Below, piece after piece: positions 38,979 to 52,310 of a stretch of 64,000 bases of DNA. Source of the stretch: Podarcis cretensis (lineage: Eukaryota); the NCBI GenBank assembly GCA_951804945.1, contig OX638160.1, forward strand, positions 27,156,001-27,220,000, in the 5' to 3' direction. Made by a program: the position numbers and the translations under genes. The number at the start of each line of letters is the position of its first letter. The stretch's first letter is position 1. The notes beneath the pieces are model-generated. The model had not been told where the DNA came from. It worked only from the letters and a program-made list of their open reading frames with translations, and did not search any database.

Positions 38979-39145
38979 CTGAAGGTGGTAAACATGGTTC
39001 TTCTCTCCATTTCATCCTCACAACAACCCTGTGAGCTAGGTTGGGCTAAGAGATGGTGACTGGCACAAGGTCACCCAGTGAGTTTCATGGCTGAGTGGGG
39101 ATTCGAACCCTGGTCTCTCAGGTCATAGTCCAGCACTCTAACTGT
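38945..39145 (-). mobile_element. MIR-like/CORE SINE with (GATT)n tail
   Basis: atcctcacaacaaccctgtgag...gactggcacaaggtcacccagtgagtttcatggctgagtggggattcgaaccc (CORE-like plus rc B box), adjacent to (GATT)8. Confidence 0.8.
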
Positions 39146-41680
39146 TACATAATAATTCTTATATTGTATATCGCATGAGCACCTTTTCTACTTCTGTTCT
39201 TCAGATAGTACTAATCAAGGATCAAAACGTACACTGTGCCTTAAAATTGCAAACTAGTTCTGCTTTGAACTCTGCACAGAAAAGACAATGGCCTAACCTT
39301 TTTAAAGTCAAATATCACATTCACAGCTTTCCCCTGTAATTTTTCATTTTTAATGAGAAATATGTTTCCTAAATGTTACAATGTTGATTCTTGTTACCTG
39401 ATGTATTGCTCATTTTCCATATTAAGACTAAAATGGCCTTGAGTATTTCATTGCATTAGTAAAGGCCCTCTGGGGAACTAATGAACTATTACTTGATTTA
39501 TTTTAGTCCAATTGTTCCCAGACTTTCACTTCAGTCGGTTATGGTCCTATGCATTTAAATAATTAGCTTCTGGCCCATATGCATTCTCCTTATTTTTTTG
39601 CCTATAATTCCTTTTGTTGCATACCCAGTTATGCTGTTACTCAACTATTTGCAACTCAGAGTTGTCTTTAAATTATTTGTTATTACTCTGAAATACTAAT
39701 CAGAATGTATTAGTGCATCACACTCACATATTTGTTGCGTAATTAGCAGAAGTTATCTTCATAGAGAATATTTACATGGTAACAAAGTTAGGTTCATTAA
39801 ATGAAAAACTAGAAACAGGAAAGCAAAGTGAAAATCAGCCAGCTGTTAAATTGTATACATATACAATTTCATGATGCTTCCAGTTTTACAATAACATTGA
39901 TAGGATATTAGTATTGCTGAGGAAGAGCGGCTTTTTAGTATTAAACTCTGTACTATAATGTGTGGTTTATATTTGAAGGACAGAATTGTTATTTAGTGGA
40001 GTTTTCAAATATGGCCTCCAGAGCAAAATGTTGACAGAACATATTTAAAGTATAAGAGGTGTTTTATTTTTGTTTTTTAAAAAGTATGGTGCTATTGTGA
40101 ATAAAATGCATGCATTTTCTTAATAAAAAATCAAAAACTGATTTTTAGCTTCTAATTATTAATGGGGAAATAGGCTGAAACACCTTGGGTTGCCCCTGCA
40201 AGCAGGAAATCTCTAACCATCGTCTCCATTTAGTCTGAGCAGGAAAAGTAGCAGATTTAGAACAAGCTGGGATCCAAAATCATGGTTTGAAGATTCTAGT
40301 GTCTTCCAAAGCTGGTAACCATAGTTCTAGAGGCTTCCTGGTTTGATTTCTCTTGCTGCAAAGGCGTGTCATGCATGGATTAAGTCCCATTAATATCTTA
40401 GTTTATAGAGCTGAGATAAGATTGTCAGAACATTGCTACTGTAAACTTGGGCATTTGGAACATGGTTTTTTTGTCTGAGTTTCTTCTGGCCTTGTGGTCA
40501 GTCTAATGAAGGCCACTTTATTCGGCAAGTCTGCATGTTACTCCACTCAAATTATGAATTAGTGAATTTTTGGAATTTTGAAACTCCTGAAAGATTATTC
40601 TTCTGACCTGTATCAATATAGCCCCCCTAATCAGCTGTCAATACAGTTATCATATTCAAGCTATGCATGCTTGTATAATATAATAATTTCTTTTCTTACA
40701 TCAGTGTAACATACTTTTACAGAGAGTATGTTACAGCCTTTTCTGAGTATTTAGGAATATAAGTCATTTGAGAAATACGGATGTGCGGTCTTTTCTAATC
40801 CTGTGTCTTCATACAGAATGAGCCATTTGAAACATTTAAGTAATCAGAATTTTAAAACTGCAGTTGTGTACATCATGAGGGTGAAAGGGGATACCACTTG
40901 ACTTTTGAATCACTAGGAAATCTGGATATTAGAGATGAAATATTTTACTGAGTGTTGTGCCCTTTCCTGTAACATGCATCGATTGCAGCATGAATATTTG
41001 AAAATTAGTACACAAAGGTGGATGGCAAGCATTCGTAATTGATTAATTCTGAATAATGAGTATCCCTTGCATTCTGTGCTTACATTCATTAGCACAGATT
41101 AGAATCACTACTCAACATGTAAAGTTATGTTGAAGGTGTGGAGAATAGCACACATGCTTTTAACTGCATTATTTATGTTCACAAAGGACTGTTTAAAGTG
41201 ATTAGGAAGAATTTAATTGGCATTAAATTATCTTGGGTATGCATTGTATGTAGAATTTATTGCATGGCAGAAGTACACAAAGCAAAACATAAACAGCACA
41301 GCTGCTTCACCTATAACTTTATCAGTTTTGTGTTGTGTTAACGATAGCCATGGCTATTAGGTGATGTGCCTTGACTTCTGACAACTGGCTCATGGTTGTC
41401 TTCTTACTGTAAAGAATTGACATGGGCAGGGTGCTGTTTTGGTGACTTTTTTTAATCTGGCAAAAAGAGCAAGATCTGAAATTCACCTTACTGGATTGTC
41501 ATGAAACTATCCCTATAGATCTTCAGGCCAAAACAGAAGAAGTAATAATATGCAAATATTATATGCTCACCTGGCTATCTTTCCCATTACCTTTTTACTT
41601 TATGTTCGCTTCATAAAAGTTATAATGATCGCTAATACAAGCAGCACTGACTTTTGGAAGAGCATGTGGCTTCCTGTAGT

Positions 41681-41694
41681 GTAACCATGGAAAC
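41681..41694. promoter_or_regulatory. RFX X-box-like palindrome GTAACCATGGAAAC
   Basis: One mismatch to GTTNCCATGGNAAC, in repeat-free sequence. Motif match only. Confidence 0.4.
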
Positions 41695-43231
41695 AGACAA
41701 GGAATCCTTAAACAAAGTGATCACACATGCTGTGCTAATTAATCCTGTCCTACAGCTTTTCCTCAGCTGGAGGAAGCAGTTAGATAAATTTTGCATGAGT
41801 TTGCATGTTTGGATGTACAAACAATATGAAATATGTTGCCATGTCTAGGTTATCATTCACAAGATGGGGAAAGCCAACAATGCTGTAATTTGTCATTCAT
41901 TTGTAACTTGTGCTGTGCCCCAGAAGATGTGGGGTTTTAAAAAGATTTCTGAGAGGAATAGTGTATCTAAAAGGCTGAACTGCCAGTGTTTGATGTTCTG
42001 CATAACTGCTGAAGGATGCACAATTATTTTAAACATGTAGGCCCAACCTTATTATTATTAAACATGTTGCAATGAAATAGAAGAAAAGCTTACAGTATTA
42101 AAATATAGAATCAATAAAGTAAAGTTAATTGATAGCATGAAACTGATAAAAAAAGAAAAAGAAACAAAGCATAATCAGTTCTTTAGAATTCAGAACATCC
42201 CAAAGTCACATTGTATCTTTTGAAGAATTTTTTGACATTTGGGGAATCACATTTGCTGCAAAAGTATTTTGTCTTTGTCCTGTTTGTTTTGACCTCAGGA
42301 AGGGTGTCAGCTTAGACATTAAGGTGTATCCCCACATTCTATCTATCCATTGATTAATGCTAGCTGTTTCCTGAGACCTTTAGTTATTTGCATGCAATAT
42401 TCTGGTGGCAGCTGCTAGATAGGAAAATAATTCTATGCAGTTTTTTATTAATTCATCCATATAATTTAATAGGCTCAGCCTTTATAACTGCCGAGAAGTT
42501 ACGCCTTTCTAGAATATTTCATGCTCAGTTCATCCTACCTGGTCATCTGCATGCTCTGGTATTTTTCTTTTTTCTTTTTGCTATTTTCAAAACATGTTAC
42601 CAAACATAGCATAAATATAAACTGCAGGAGTAAAAACCCATCTTCAAATTTACAGCAGATAAACTAGCTTTCGTTTTTTTCTAAACAGAATTCATATTCA
42701 TCAACTGGTTCCATAAGCCTGTGCCTCCTCTCTTACTCTGAGAAAATAACTTTTGAATTTACATTATGAACCACACAACACACTAAGGAGAGCATGGCAG
42801 CAAAAAGGACTGGTGAGGTGCAAAGCTACTGAGATTTCGCCACTGGGATTCTGCATGCACACGCTTTTTGGTTTAGCATGTCATGTGAACAGGCCATTCT
42901 CTCTCCATCCCTTAAACTGTGGTGGCTTTTAATTTTTGTCACAATTTTTAACCATATTCTATCAAATTCTAAATCTGTACCAATGCCTTCTTGTAATATA
43001 AAAGAGCAGTCACAGAATCCAATCAAATATTGATTCCTGTAATAATTTGTATAATCTTAATCACTCTTTGCCAACTATTAAAGATCCTTTAACTTAAGAT
43101 GCCAGGGGTTGAACCTGGAACCCCTTGCATGCAGGTATTTTAATTATCACAATGCTTTTGAAATTATAGTGGCTGTGCTGCTGTTAAAATACATCTGAGC
43201 CTATTAAATACCTTTTGAAGAGAATCACAAT

Positions 43232-43556
43232 GACCTGGGTTGCACATCATGCTAAACCAAACCACGCTCCTGTGCCACACTGAGCTAAGCCATAATTTTA
43301 CATAACATGCTGTCCAAACCCAGGCTTGTGGTTTAGCTTTCTCCAGACTAACCACAAACTGTAACCAAAGTTTGTTCTGTGGCTGCAGCTTGTGGTTTGT
43401 CCAGAAGAGCTAAACCACAACCCTGGGTTCAGATTGCACACTAAGCCAAACTATGACTTATCTCAGTGTGACATTGCAGCAAAACAACCAAGGAAGAATT
43501 AAGCACTGGGATCTCTTCTGTGCTATGTCATGATTTGGCTTAGTGTGAAACAGGTC
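43232..43556. mobile_element. Long palindromic non-autonomous DNA element (MITE-like)
   Basis: Termini gacctg...caggtc. Inner arms cccaggcttgtggtttagct...aaccacaaactgtaacca and tggctgcagcttgtggtt...agctaaaccacaaccctggg are ~80% complementary, as are cacactgagctaagccata and tatgacttatctcagtgtg. Confidence 0.75.
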
Positions 43557-44357
43557 TATGTGAGCTGGGGCGGGGGGCGGATTACTTCAGTTTACTTCCG
43601 AGCTGATAGTTACTCAGCCACCTCTGTTTACTATTAGAATAAATGATTTTAGAAGGAATGATGTTGCTCTTCTCAGATATGCCTAGAGTGGAATTTTAGC
43701 TTCACAAGTCCTATGAGGTAGATTTTGCTGCAGTATAGTGACTTGCTGTTCTGTTTGTTTCACAGTTGAAAAGGAATTTGAATTATTTCATCCAAGACCA
43801 GCAGTCTTACTCTTAGCACAGAGCAGTATGTTAAATGTTCAAGGTTAAGGGTAGATGGCATATATTTTTTCTAGCAGTATGCAGATATACAGCATGTGCC
43901 TGAAGCTTTACATGTTACTCAGTGTATAAGCTATTTAGCTCTCTGTTTAATCCACTAGTTGTCTTGAGTTACACAGGTTATGTTCCCTGCTCTAAATGCT
44001 AACATTTAAGGATTCATCTCTGAGTTTTTTATTAAATAGTTTTAAAAAACTGTGCCTAATACTTTCTCTTTTTAAACATGAAAAACTAGATCCTAAAAAA
44101 CAACAACATGACAGCCCTATAATGACTGAAACAATAATGCAGTCACTTCATATTTCATGATCTGTAGCTTTGTTTTGTGATGTGTTGAATGATAGAAATG
44201 GATATGTTTTTTCTCTGATTAACTTAACACATGGCCAGAAGAAACACAATCTACTTTTTCAAGTAGACTCATATTACACATACCTTTTAAAGATCTAACG
44301 TGACCTTTATTTCTTTATATGCTGATTTTCTTTGTTGTGCTTGTATTTGCTCTTTAG

Positions 44358-44478
44358 GACTTGCAAGAGCCAAATCTGTCCCTAGTCATACGTACTCTAA
44401 TGAAGTGGTTACCCTGTGGTACAGACCTCCAGATGTCCTCTTAGGCTCAACAGAATATTCCACCTGCCTTGATATGTG
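44358..44478 (+). CDS. CDK14: CDK14 exon (121 nt): (G)[39 protein letters not shown](W), activation segment
   Basis: tctttag|GA acceptor; TG|gtaaga donor; phase 1 to 2. Confidence 0.97.
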
Positions 44479-47254
44479 GTAAGAATACAGCGCGTTTACA
44501 GGATCCATATGTTCTAACTTGCTGTGACTTCGATTTGTTAGACACACAGTGGGCTTGATAAGCAAAGATTGCAATCTTGTTCATCCTGACCAAGGGATAA
44601 GTCCCATTGAACTCAGTGGAACTTATTTTGGAGTACATGTGCATAGGAGTTCTCTGCAAGATAAAGCAGTACATTGTTTGTAGACTAAAGTTTCCAGATA
44701 CTGTTTCTGTAAGAAACCTCTATGCTCTCTCACCAATGGTTAATTATCGTATCTTAGTCTCATACTTCAACCAAAAAAGACTCTAAGATGGACTTACAGT
44801 TAAAAACAATAAACAAATTAGATAATCCCTGCCCTCAGGTTTACAATCTAAAAGATGTAGCACAAAAGGAAAAAAAGACTGGGTAAACTCAGGTACTGGT
44901 TCTTAGAGTTAGAAACTTCTATACTACTGTCTTGGATGGGAGCAATTTGGGTAGCTTGACTGAGTAACTCCTGCTAGGTGGCAGATGAAGAAGTAGCCAA
45001 ATACAGCTGCTGTCTTACAGATGAGATAAGCCTGCTCATCTTCGTTTCCTCCACTCCTGCCCAATGGAATGGCTGCTGTCAGGTCAGGTTGCAGTTGAGA
45101 AGGAGCCAAAGTTAGCTGATATCATAGCAGAATGAATGGAATAGCCATGCTTCCCTTCTCTTTTATTGGTGTATATGTTTATAAGTAGTCACAGATTTCA
45201 GACAAGTAATGTGACTGCTTTTAGTCTTCCTTTACATCTTTTAAAAAAACTGATTTTCTGGATAATTTTGCAGCACAACAAATACTTGAAGGGAATTAGA
45301 CAGAATACATGTAATCGAAGATCCAGTAACATTGGCAGGGCCAGCCCAATATATTTTTCTGCCTGAGGAAAAAGACAAAATGGTGCCTGCCTCATCCCAC
45401 ATATAGAAGCTGACCAGACTGGCAGATTAATCTTATTTCAGCATTGAAGGCAGTAGTCTAGCTCTGTCCTCCAGCGCTTTGCTGCCACTCCTTGTCCCAC
45501 ACCACTGCCACCTGAGACAAGTTTCTCACTCTGCCTAATGACAGGGCCTAAACATTGGTACACAGTTGTGTAAAAACAATGAGCATTAAGAGAAAACAGT
45601 GTTACCTGGGACATTGAGCATATCATCAAGCAAAAACAATGCCCATTTCTAATATTTCAACTGTACAGGAATTTTTTTTTAGTAAGTATGTAGTATGGGA
45701 ATTAGTTGCACTTTGCCTCCACCGGCAGCTTCTCTGTTGGAAGGAAGGAGGATTTTGGTTACACTGCCTAGCACTGGAGTGCTATCTTCTGTTCCTTCCT
45801 GATGACAGATGCTGCATCAGCTCTGTTTTCATGTGTGACTAGAGGGAAAAGGCAAAGGTCATGCTTATCTACCCTGTGGCCAGGATCCTCCAGTGGCTTG
45901 GTTGTAGAGTAGCAGTGCCTCTCACTTTTTTCTGTAATTCAACAAAGCAAGGCATAATACCCTTTCCACCACTGGCTGAATGAAGCAGTGGCCCTTACCT
46001 GTTGAAAGAAAGGCTGAAGTATAAAGGGCAGACTTATTGCAACAGCAGTAGATTCCCCCCCCCCCCCCGCCGATGTATAATGTAAGAGTAGAATTTAATA
46101 GCAAAAGGGCATGAATGAGGGCTACTGAAGCCTGGTGTGCTACTGAAGCCTACTATAAGTTACCACCTGTGTCCAGGCACTCTTATCAGAGCTGAGCATG
46201 CTTCTGGTATTCGAAGCTCATCTGAAAATAAAGGTGACTGGAAAGATAGAGTTCTGTACTCCAAAATGGCACATCTTGGTGTTAAAACTGCCCCCCCCCC
46301 GCACTTTCTACATAGATAGAATTATGGATAGCATTTGCTGCCATCACATCTAGTTTGTCTCTAATTTTTTTGCTGCTGGGAGTAGGGGCTGTGTGTGATC
46401 CCTGGGTTCCTTAGGAGGAAGGTTAAGGATATAAATCTAATAAATAATAATTTTGAAAATTCATATTAATGGATGTGTAAATTCTGATTTTATACTCAGG
46501 AAGAAGATGCTCTTTTGGGGTGGTGTGGAAGATATTAAGGATTTAATTTGACTGTGTAGCATTATTCAGATAAAAATGATCATCAAATTAAAATTTTATT
46601 ATATAAATGCAAAGGTCATGGTTCTGACAGGAATGCAGCAGTAATTTTGAAACATTAATAGAGATGCTCTAATTTAGTACATAATTGATGTCTTTCTAAT
46701 ACCAAATGAAGACTTCCCCTTCAACCGCTATGTATTACTATTGCCAAGGTGAAAACTGGTCCTAGCAGGGGAACACAAAAATAATGTATTTAATAACGGT
46801 CATGAAATATTGATGTTCCCTGATGTAGGACCTTTAACACAAGTCAAAAAGATATATAAAGGGTGCTTTTCAATAAGAATGCTTTGTTCCAGATAAAAAA
46901 TGAGGCAGTACTGATTGCATCTATCAAATATATGAATCCAATAAAATGACAAATAATTCATCTTCTGGAAAATACTGAGCAAATCACAAGCTGAGGTTGC
47001 AGTGAAGAGCAGACAGATCAAATAGCTGACAGATGAAAAGTCTTCCTTTTCTGAGTGTCTTTGTTGATATGCAGAGTAAAAGTATTATGCTGTGTTCATC
47101 TAATGTTAGCACCAAGATCTGAAACACTTCATGGACGTGTTCATTGATTTCAACAGAATTTATTATATTGGATTCTGGAGATTATACTAATGCTACAAGT
47201 ACTTCATATTTGTTGTCATAAATATATATTGTTCCACATATAGATTGCCAAGTA

Positions 47255-47608
47255 CAGTGGTGCCTCACAAGACGAAATTAATTTGTTCCGCGAGTTTTTT
47301 CGTCTTGCGATTTTTTCGTCTTGCAAAGCACGGACTTTGGAAAAGCTTCAAAAATCACCAAAGTCTTCAAAAACCTCAAAAAAGGCTACCACACCGCGTG
47401 CTATGAGTTGCTCCTCGAAATGAATGCACAGTTTTAAGAGAAAGGAAACAAACTTCCAAGACAAAGGAAACAAACTTGCAAGACGTTTTCATCTTGCAAA
47501 GCAAGCCCATAGGGAAATCCGTCTTGCGAAGCAATTCAAAAAACGAAAAACTCTTTCGTTTTGCGGGTTTTTCGTCTTTTGAGGCATTCGTCTTGCGAGG
47601 TACCACTG
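47255..47608 (-). mobile_element. Tc1/mariner (pogo/Tigger-like) MITE, family B with TCGTCTTGCGA subterminal repeats
   Basis: TIRs CAGTGGTGCCTCACAAGACGAA and TTCGTCTTGCGAGGTACCACTG, flanked by TA. Internal 22-bp tandem duplication at 47441-47484. Confidence 0.9.
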
Positions 47609-48600
47609 TATACATTGTGTATTGGATGAGTTTCACTTTATGCTTGGAGAATAACTGATATACCTCTGTTGGGAAATTTCTTATTGTGTCAGACTGGCTA
47701 GTGGACCTAGGCCCAGGTCATACTTTTCCTGTAGCATGTGACTACCCCCTCTAATTAGAGTTTTTTACTTTGAAAGCTTCAAGATATAGGGCACTGTACG
47801 GCTGTAAGATGTTATTTGTGAGGCACCTTCCATTGTGCCAGTGGTCCTAAGTTTTGCAAGACATTAAGTTCATTTCAGCTTTGTGATTATCTGTGTTGTT
47901 TGTTACAAAAAAGCCATACAGCCTTACACACTTTATAACTACTGTCTGGTGAACACCACACCTAGGTTGGCTCCTAGCAGAGCTTCAAATTGTGCTTCTC
48001 AAATGGCATCATTGTGCAACATGGAAAATTCATTTGGGGAATTGGGTGACTGCTATTCCAAACAAAAGGTCAAAAGTCCCAAGGCCAAGCCCCAAGGTTT
48101 TATAAGTAAGTTCCTGAATGATTTTAGTTTCTGATTGCTGTTAAACATTTACTATACCATCTTTATAAGTGCCTGTTTGACTAATAACTTTTAACTAATG
48201 GTTACCTAATCATCTAAATTTTCCATCTGAACTATCTGTCTGTGAAGAATGACGCCAGCTTTGGCTAATGCCATAGGAGAGTAATTCCCAACTGGTGGTC
48301 TGCAGATCCCAGGGGTTCCATGTAACTCAACCAGGGGGTTCACAGCACCATTCACACAAAAAAACTACCATAGAGATATCAAAAGTAGGGGGTCTATGGC
48401 TTGGCCTTTGGAAAACAGAGGGGCCACAGTACTTTGCTAATTGGGAACAACTGCTGGGCACTTGTACAAACAAAGTATCAGATTAAAGCAAATTTTGCTC
48501 CTCACCAATAAGATAGACAATAAAAGACAAAAGCCCCGAGGGAAAGGTATGCTAATGCCTTTGAAACCGCTATAGCTTTGTGTAAGAGCTTTTGGTTGTA

Positions 48601-48842
48601 CAGTGGTACCTTGGGTTACATATGCTTCAGGTTACATACGCTTCAGGTTACAGACTCTGCTAACCCAGAAATAGTACCTCGGGTTAAGAACTTTGCTTCA
48701 GGATGAGAACAGAAATCGTGCTGCGGCGGCGCGGCAGCAGCGGGAGGCCCCATTAGCTAAAGTGGTGCTTCAGGTTAAGAACTGTCTCAGGTTAAGAACG
48801 GACCTCCGGAACGAATTAAGTTCTTAACCTGAGGTACCACTA
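48601..48842 (+). mobile_element. Tigger-like MITE, family A with CAGGTTA(A/C) repeats, copy 1
   Basis: TA|CAGTGGTACCT...AGGTACCACT(A)|TA; 242 bp; near-identical to the 57073 copy. Confidence 0.92.
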
Positions 48843-49630
48843 TACCCATTTCTGATCATTCTCAGATTAGACGAACTGAAATTAATGGACATGATTAATT
48901 TAGGTCCCTTAATTTCAGCGGATCTACTCTGCATAGAACTTAGTTAGATACAACCCTTTGGTTTGAAATTGATTGGAATTCTTACTTTATTTAAAATATT
49001 TATAACCCATTCTTCATCAGAATGTGGTATTGGAAAATCAAAAGATTTTAAAATAATTTCCAATCCAACCTGTAACACAGTAAAAGAGCAAATAAAACAA
49101 CCGTAGAGTCAAAAGCAGGAGGAGCATCAAGCTTATGACAGCTGATTCAAGTCCCCATAAAGGCCTGTTGAAATAGCCCTTTAACAGACGCTGAAACTCA
49201 TTAAGAGTTTGTGCCAATCATATATAGAGTGGCAGGATATTCTGCATGTGGTGCCATCACAGAATAGACCCTTTAGCTTATTGCTGCATCATAAATGTCC
49301 TTAGGCTGCAGAACAACCAAGTGGGTTTCAGCTGCTGATCTTGAAACTTGGCCAAATGTATACAGAAGAAAAGAAGCTCCTCCATGGATCTAGCTTTGTA
49401 AGTCTTTACTAACACCCTGAATTTGGCTTGGGAGCAGATTGGTAGCCAGTTCTATCAGATTCAGAGTGACATGATTCCAAAGAGCCAACCTAGTCAGCAG
49501 TCAAAGCTGCTGCATTTAGCACTGACTGAAGCTTTTGAAACAGCATCAATGACATCCCTACATAGAATACATTACAAAACTCCAGTAAGAATATTAAAAT
49601 TTGACCGGGGTTGTGTTGGTGTTGTATGTA

Positions 49631-49828
49631 CAGTGGTACCTCTGGTTAAGTACTTAATTCGTTCCAGAGATCCGTTCTTAACCTGAAACTGTTCTTAACC
49701 TGCCGGAGCACGATTTCTGTTCTCATCCTGAAGCAAAGTTCTTAACCTGAAGCACTATTTCTGGGTTAGCGGAGTCTGTAACCTGAAGCGTATGTAACTT
49801 GGAGCGTATGTAACCCGAGGTACCACTG
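49631..49828 (-). mobile_element. Tigger-like MITE, family A, copy 2 (inverted, ~44-bp internal deletion)
   Basis: TA TSD and intact TIRs; reverse complement of copies 1 and 3, lacking the GC-rich core. Confidence 0.92.
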
Positions 49829-51839
49829 TATGTCCATTTATAAGGGAGGGAAATGGTGAAGGGATCAAATTTACATTGTACATTTTCATATTGCAAACAT
49901 GCAAATGATAGTGTGGGGGAGGAAGTGACAGTACAATGCCTATAGAAAGACAGGGCTATTTTCTGTTGGTGGGAAGAAGTTTAGCTAGTAAGGGAATAAA
50001 CCAAACTGCAGAAAATTGCACAACATTGCTACCTAGTTCTTGGGTGGCTGGGGTTATGTGAATGGTAATGTGAGTTGCTTGTATAATATGATCACTTGTA
50101 TGGAAGTTTTGATAGGGAAAGAAATCATGTCTCCCCCTCACATATTTATGCAGATCTCGGCTGGTTTTTGCATAAAAAGAAAAAAAAAAGTTGTCAGCTA
50201 TTAGATTACAGTGACACTGTTGGATTACAGTGAAATGCTTCTAGTTATATGTCTTGATGAGTTGAAAAGGAGGCATAGGGACAAGTATTGAAAAGTAATA
50301 CAAATATTAACTACTGGGCAGTTTCTGGGAAGCAGGTGGCAGTGGCTGTAAGCTATTTATGCACTTCATTTGTCATTGGAGGGCATTGGGAGAGTAACCA
50401 AAAACTAATGATTCATGTACAGTATTAACATTCTCCACTTTTCTCTGCAAATAGCCACTGGCAATTTTGATAATATTAATGAAGACATACATGCATTAGT
50501 GGTTGTGGCTAGCAGTAAGAATCAATAGGGAATGTTCTGCAATTTACTACTGTCAGTATGTAGAGTGGTAATATGCTGGATGAATTGTGTGACATAAGAC
50601 AGCATCAAGCATTGCTGTAGGCACAGTATTCCCCCCCCCCTTTGTTCAGGCAATTAGTATATTTTATTTAGCATAATCTCAGGTGTAGCATTTGAAAACT
50701 TGGATGTTTTATGTCAACAAATCCTGATGTTTTAATACTTTGAGGCTAAAAGGCATTGGTGGGAACTAATACTTGATCTCAACCCCCCCCCTTTTTTTTT
50801 TACCTCTACTAGCACTTTCCTTCCTACAATCCTGAGCACATGCCATGTTTCCAAGCTGGCATTTGTGACAAGGGTTGCTTTGTCTGGTTTCTGTCTTGCC
50901 TTCTCTGCCCGTGGTAAGAAGACAGAAAGTGATATAGGAAAGACATGTTTTGTTGCAGCTGGGGCAGATGCACCATGGTGTTTCTCTTCTCTGCGCTCCT
51001 CCCAAAAGTCATTCTTCCTTTGGTCATTACTTTGGATATGGGACTACGCATAAAGATGCACTTATATACACAGCTGCATTCAATTCAATTCCCTCTCATG
51101 TTTGTTGGCTCTTGAAAGTGCTGGCACCGCATATCCCCAAAATTAGTTTAACACAGAAATATGTGTTAGTAATAATGGATATTTGCAAAACTTGCAAAAA
51201 AAATATTAAGTATTTCTGGTAAACAGTCAGTTAAGGAATTTATACTTGGGAAATTACTTCTTAGTCCAAAAACTAATATTTGAGCTGAGGAGATTTCTCT
51301 TTACCTTCAGTACTCACCCTAAAGAATTGCTAATCCATAAGAGGTCAGGATTTTATGATAACTATCAAGCTATTCTTAATTAAACTTCTGGAAAGATGCT
51401 GACACTGAACTCTTATCAGCTGTAATCAGCTGAATTAACTTTCAGCAGAATGATCTTCTGAGATTAGGTTGAGGCATTTTATCTCAAGAAGCATCCTTTG
51501 TTCCCACATTTTGGATGGGCAATTAATCCTGTTTTATTGAAGAACATTTTCTTCAGTCTATGAAGAAACCAGTCTCTGGTTTTTCTTCAGATCATATAAA
51601 TCTTTCGCCTTCTACTATGACCTGAGAATATATTAAGGTCCTTAAAAAAAAAAAAAGTATTTGGAATGTAAAATTGCTTAGAGTTGTATCTTTATCCTGA
51701 AGCAAACCTTTACAGAATTAAAGTTTTCCAAACAAGTGGCTCAATAGCTTTGAGTAGTGATTGTTGGGAGAGAACGCACTGTAGTCCATAGGATTTCCAT
51801 CTAACTTAGCACAAGACATGTCTATCTCAGGGCGGAATT

Positions 51840-51950
51840 GAAGGACCTTACCTTGGACCTTAGAGACACACTGGGGATGCTGCTTGTGAGCTGCCTATCA
51901 ACTTCCTTAACTGAGCTGCCTGAGGTTGTCTTCAGCATGGTGCTTGAGCT
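51840..51950 (+). mobile_element. L2-type endonuclease fragment
   Basis: RDTLGMLLVS...STSLTELPEVVFSMVL resembles the recalled lizard L2 APE region (RLGILLVYRPP...SLTELAEVVS). Confidence 0.5.
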
Positions 51951-52194
51951 TCTCTGGATCTGTAGAACGGTTTTCTGGGAACCTCCTTGCAATGAAATTG
52001 TTTGGGAGAAAGTTAGATATATGATGGAGGAAGACTCACAACAAATTCGGTCAAATACGGGCTAGAGGCCACTTTCAGATCTACTCTCACCTGCACCTGC
52101 TTATTCAGTGCCTTGAATTTCTTTTCAGTTGTACAGCTTGACAGTGTAAACAGGATTCTTAAATCAGTGAAGTTGTCCATATATGTGCACTTTT

Positions 52195-52310
52195 GGTTGT
52201 AGCCAACTAAAGTCTACTCATTTTAGACCCATTGAAATTAATGAACTAAAGTTACTTATGTCCATTATTTCAGTGAGTGAACTCTGAATATGACTGGCAT
52301 TGGATACAAC
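52195..52310. mobile_element. Short palindromic MITE-like repeat; related copies near 13260-13360 and 48860-48956
   Basis: gttgtagccaa...ttggatacaac termini with internal cattgaaattaatg / cattattttcagtg arms. Confidence 0.55.

Noticed and set aside
47255-49828. Regularly spaced short repeats suggesting a CRISPR array or composite transposon
   Set aside because: They are subterminal repeats inside TA-flanked MITEs, each with its own complete TIR pair.
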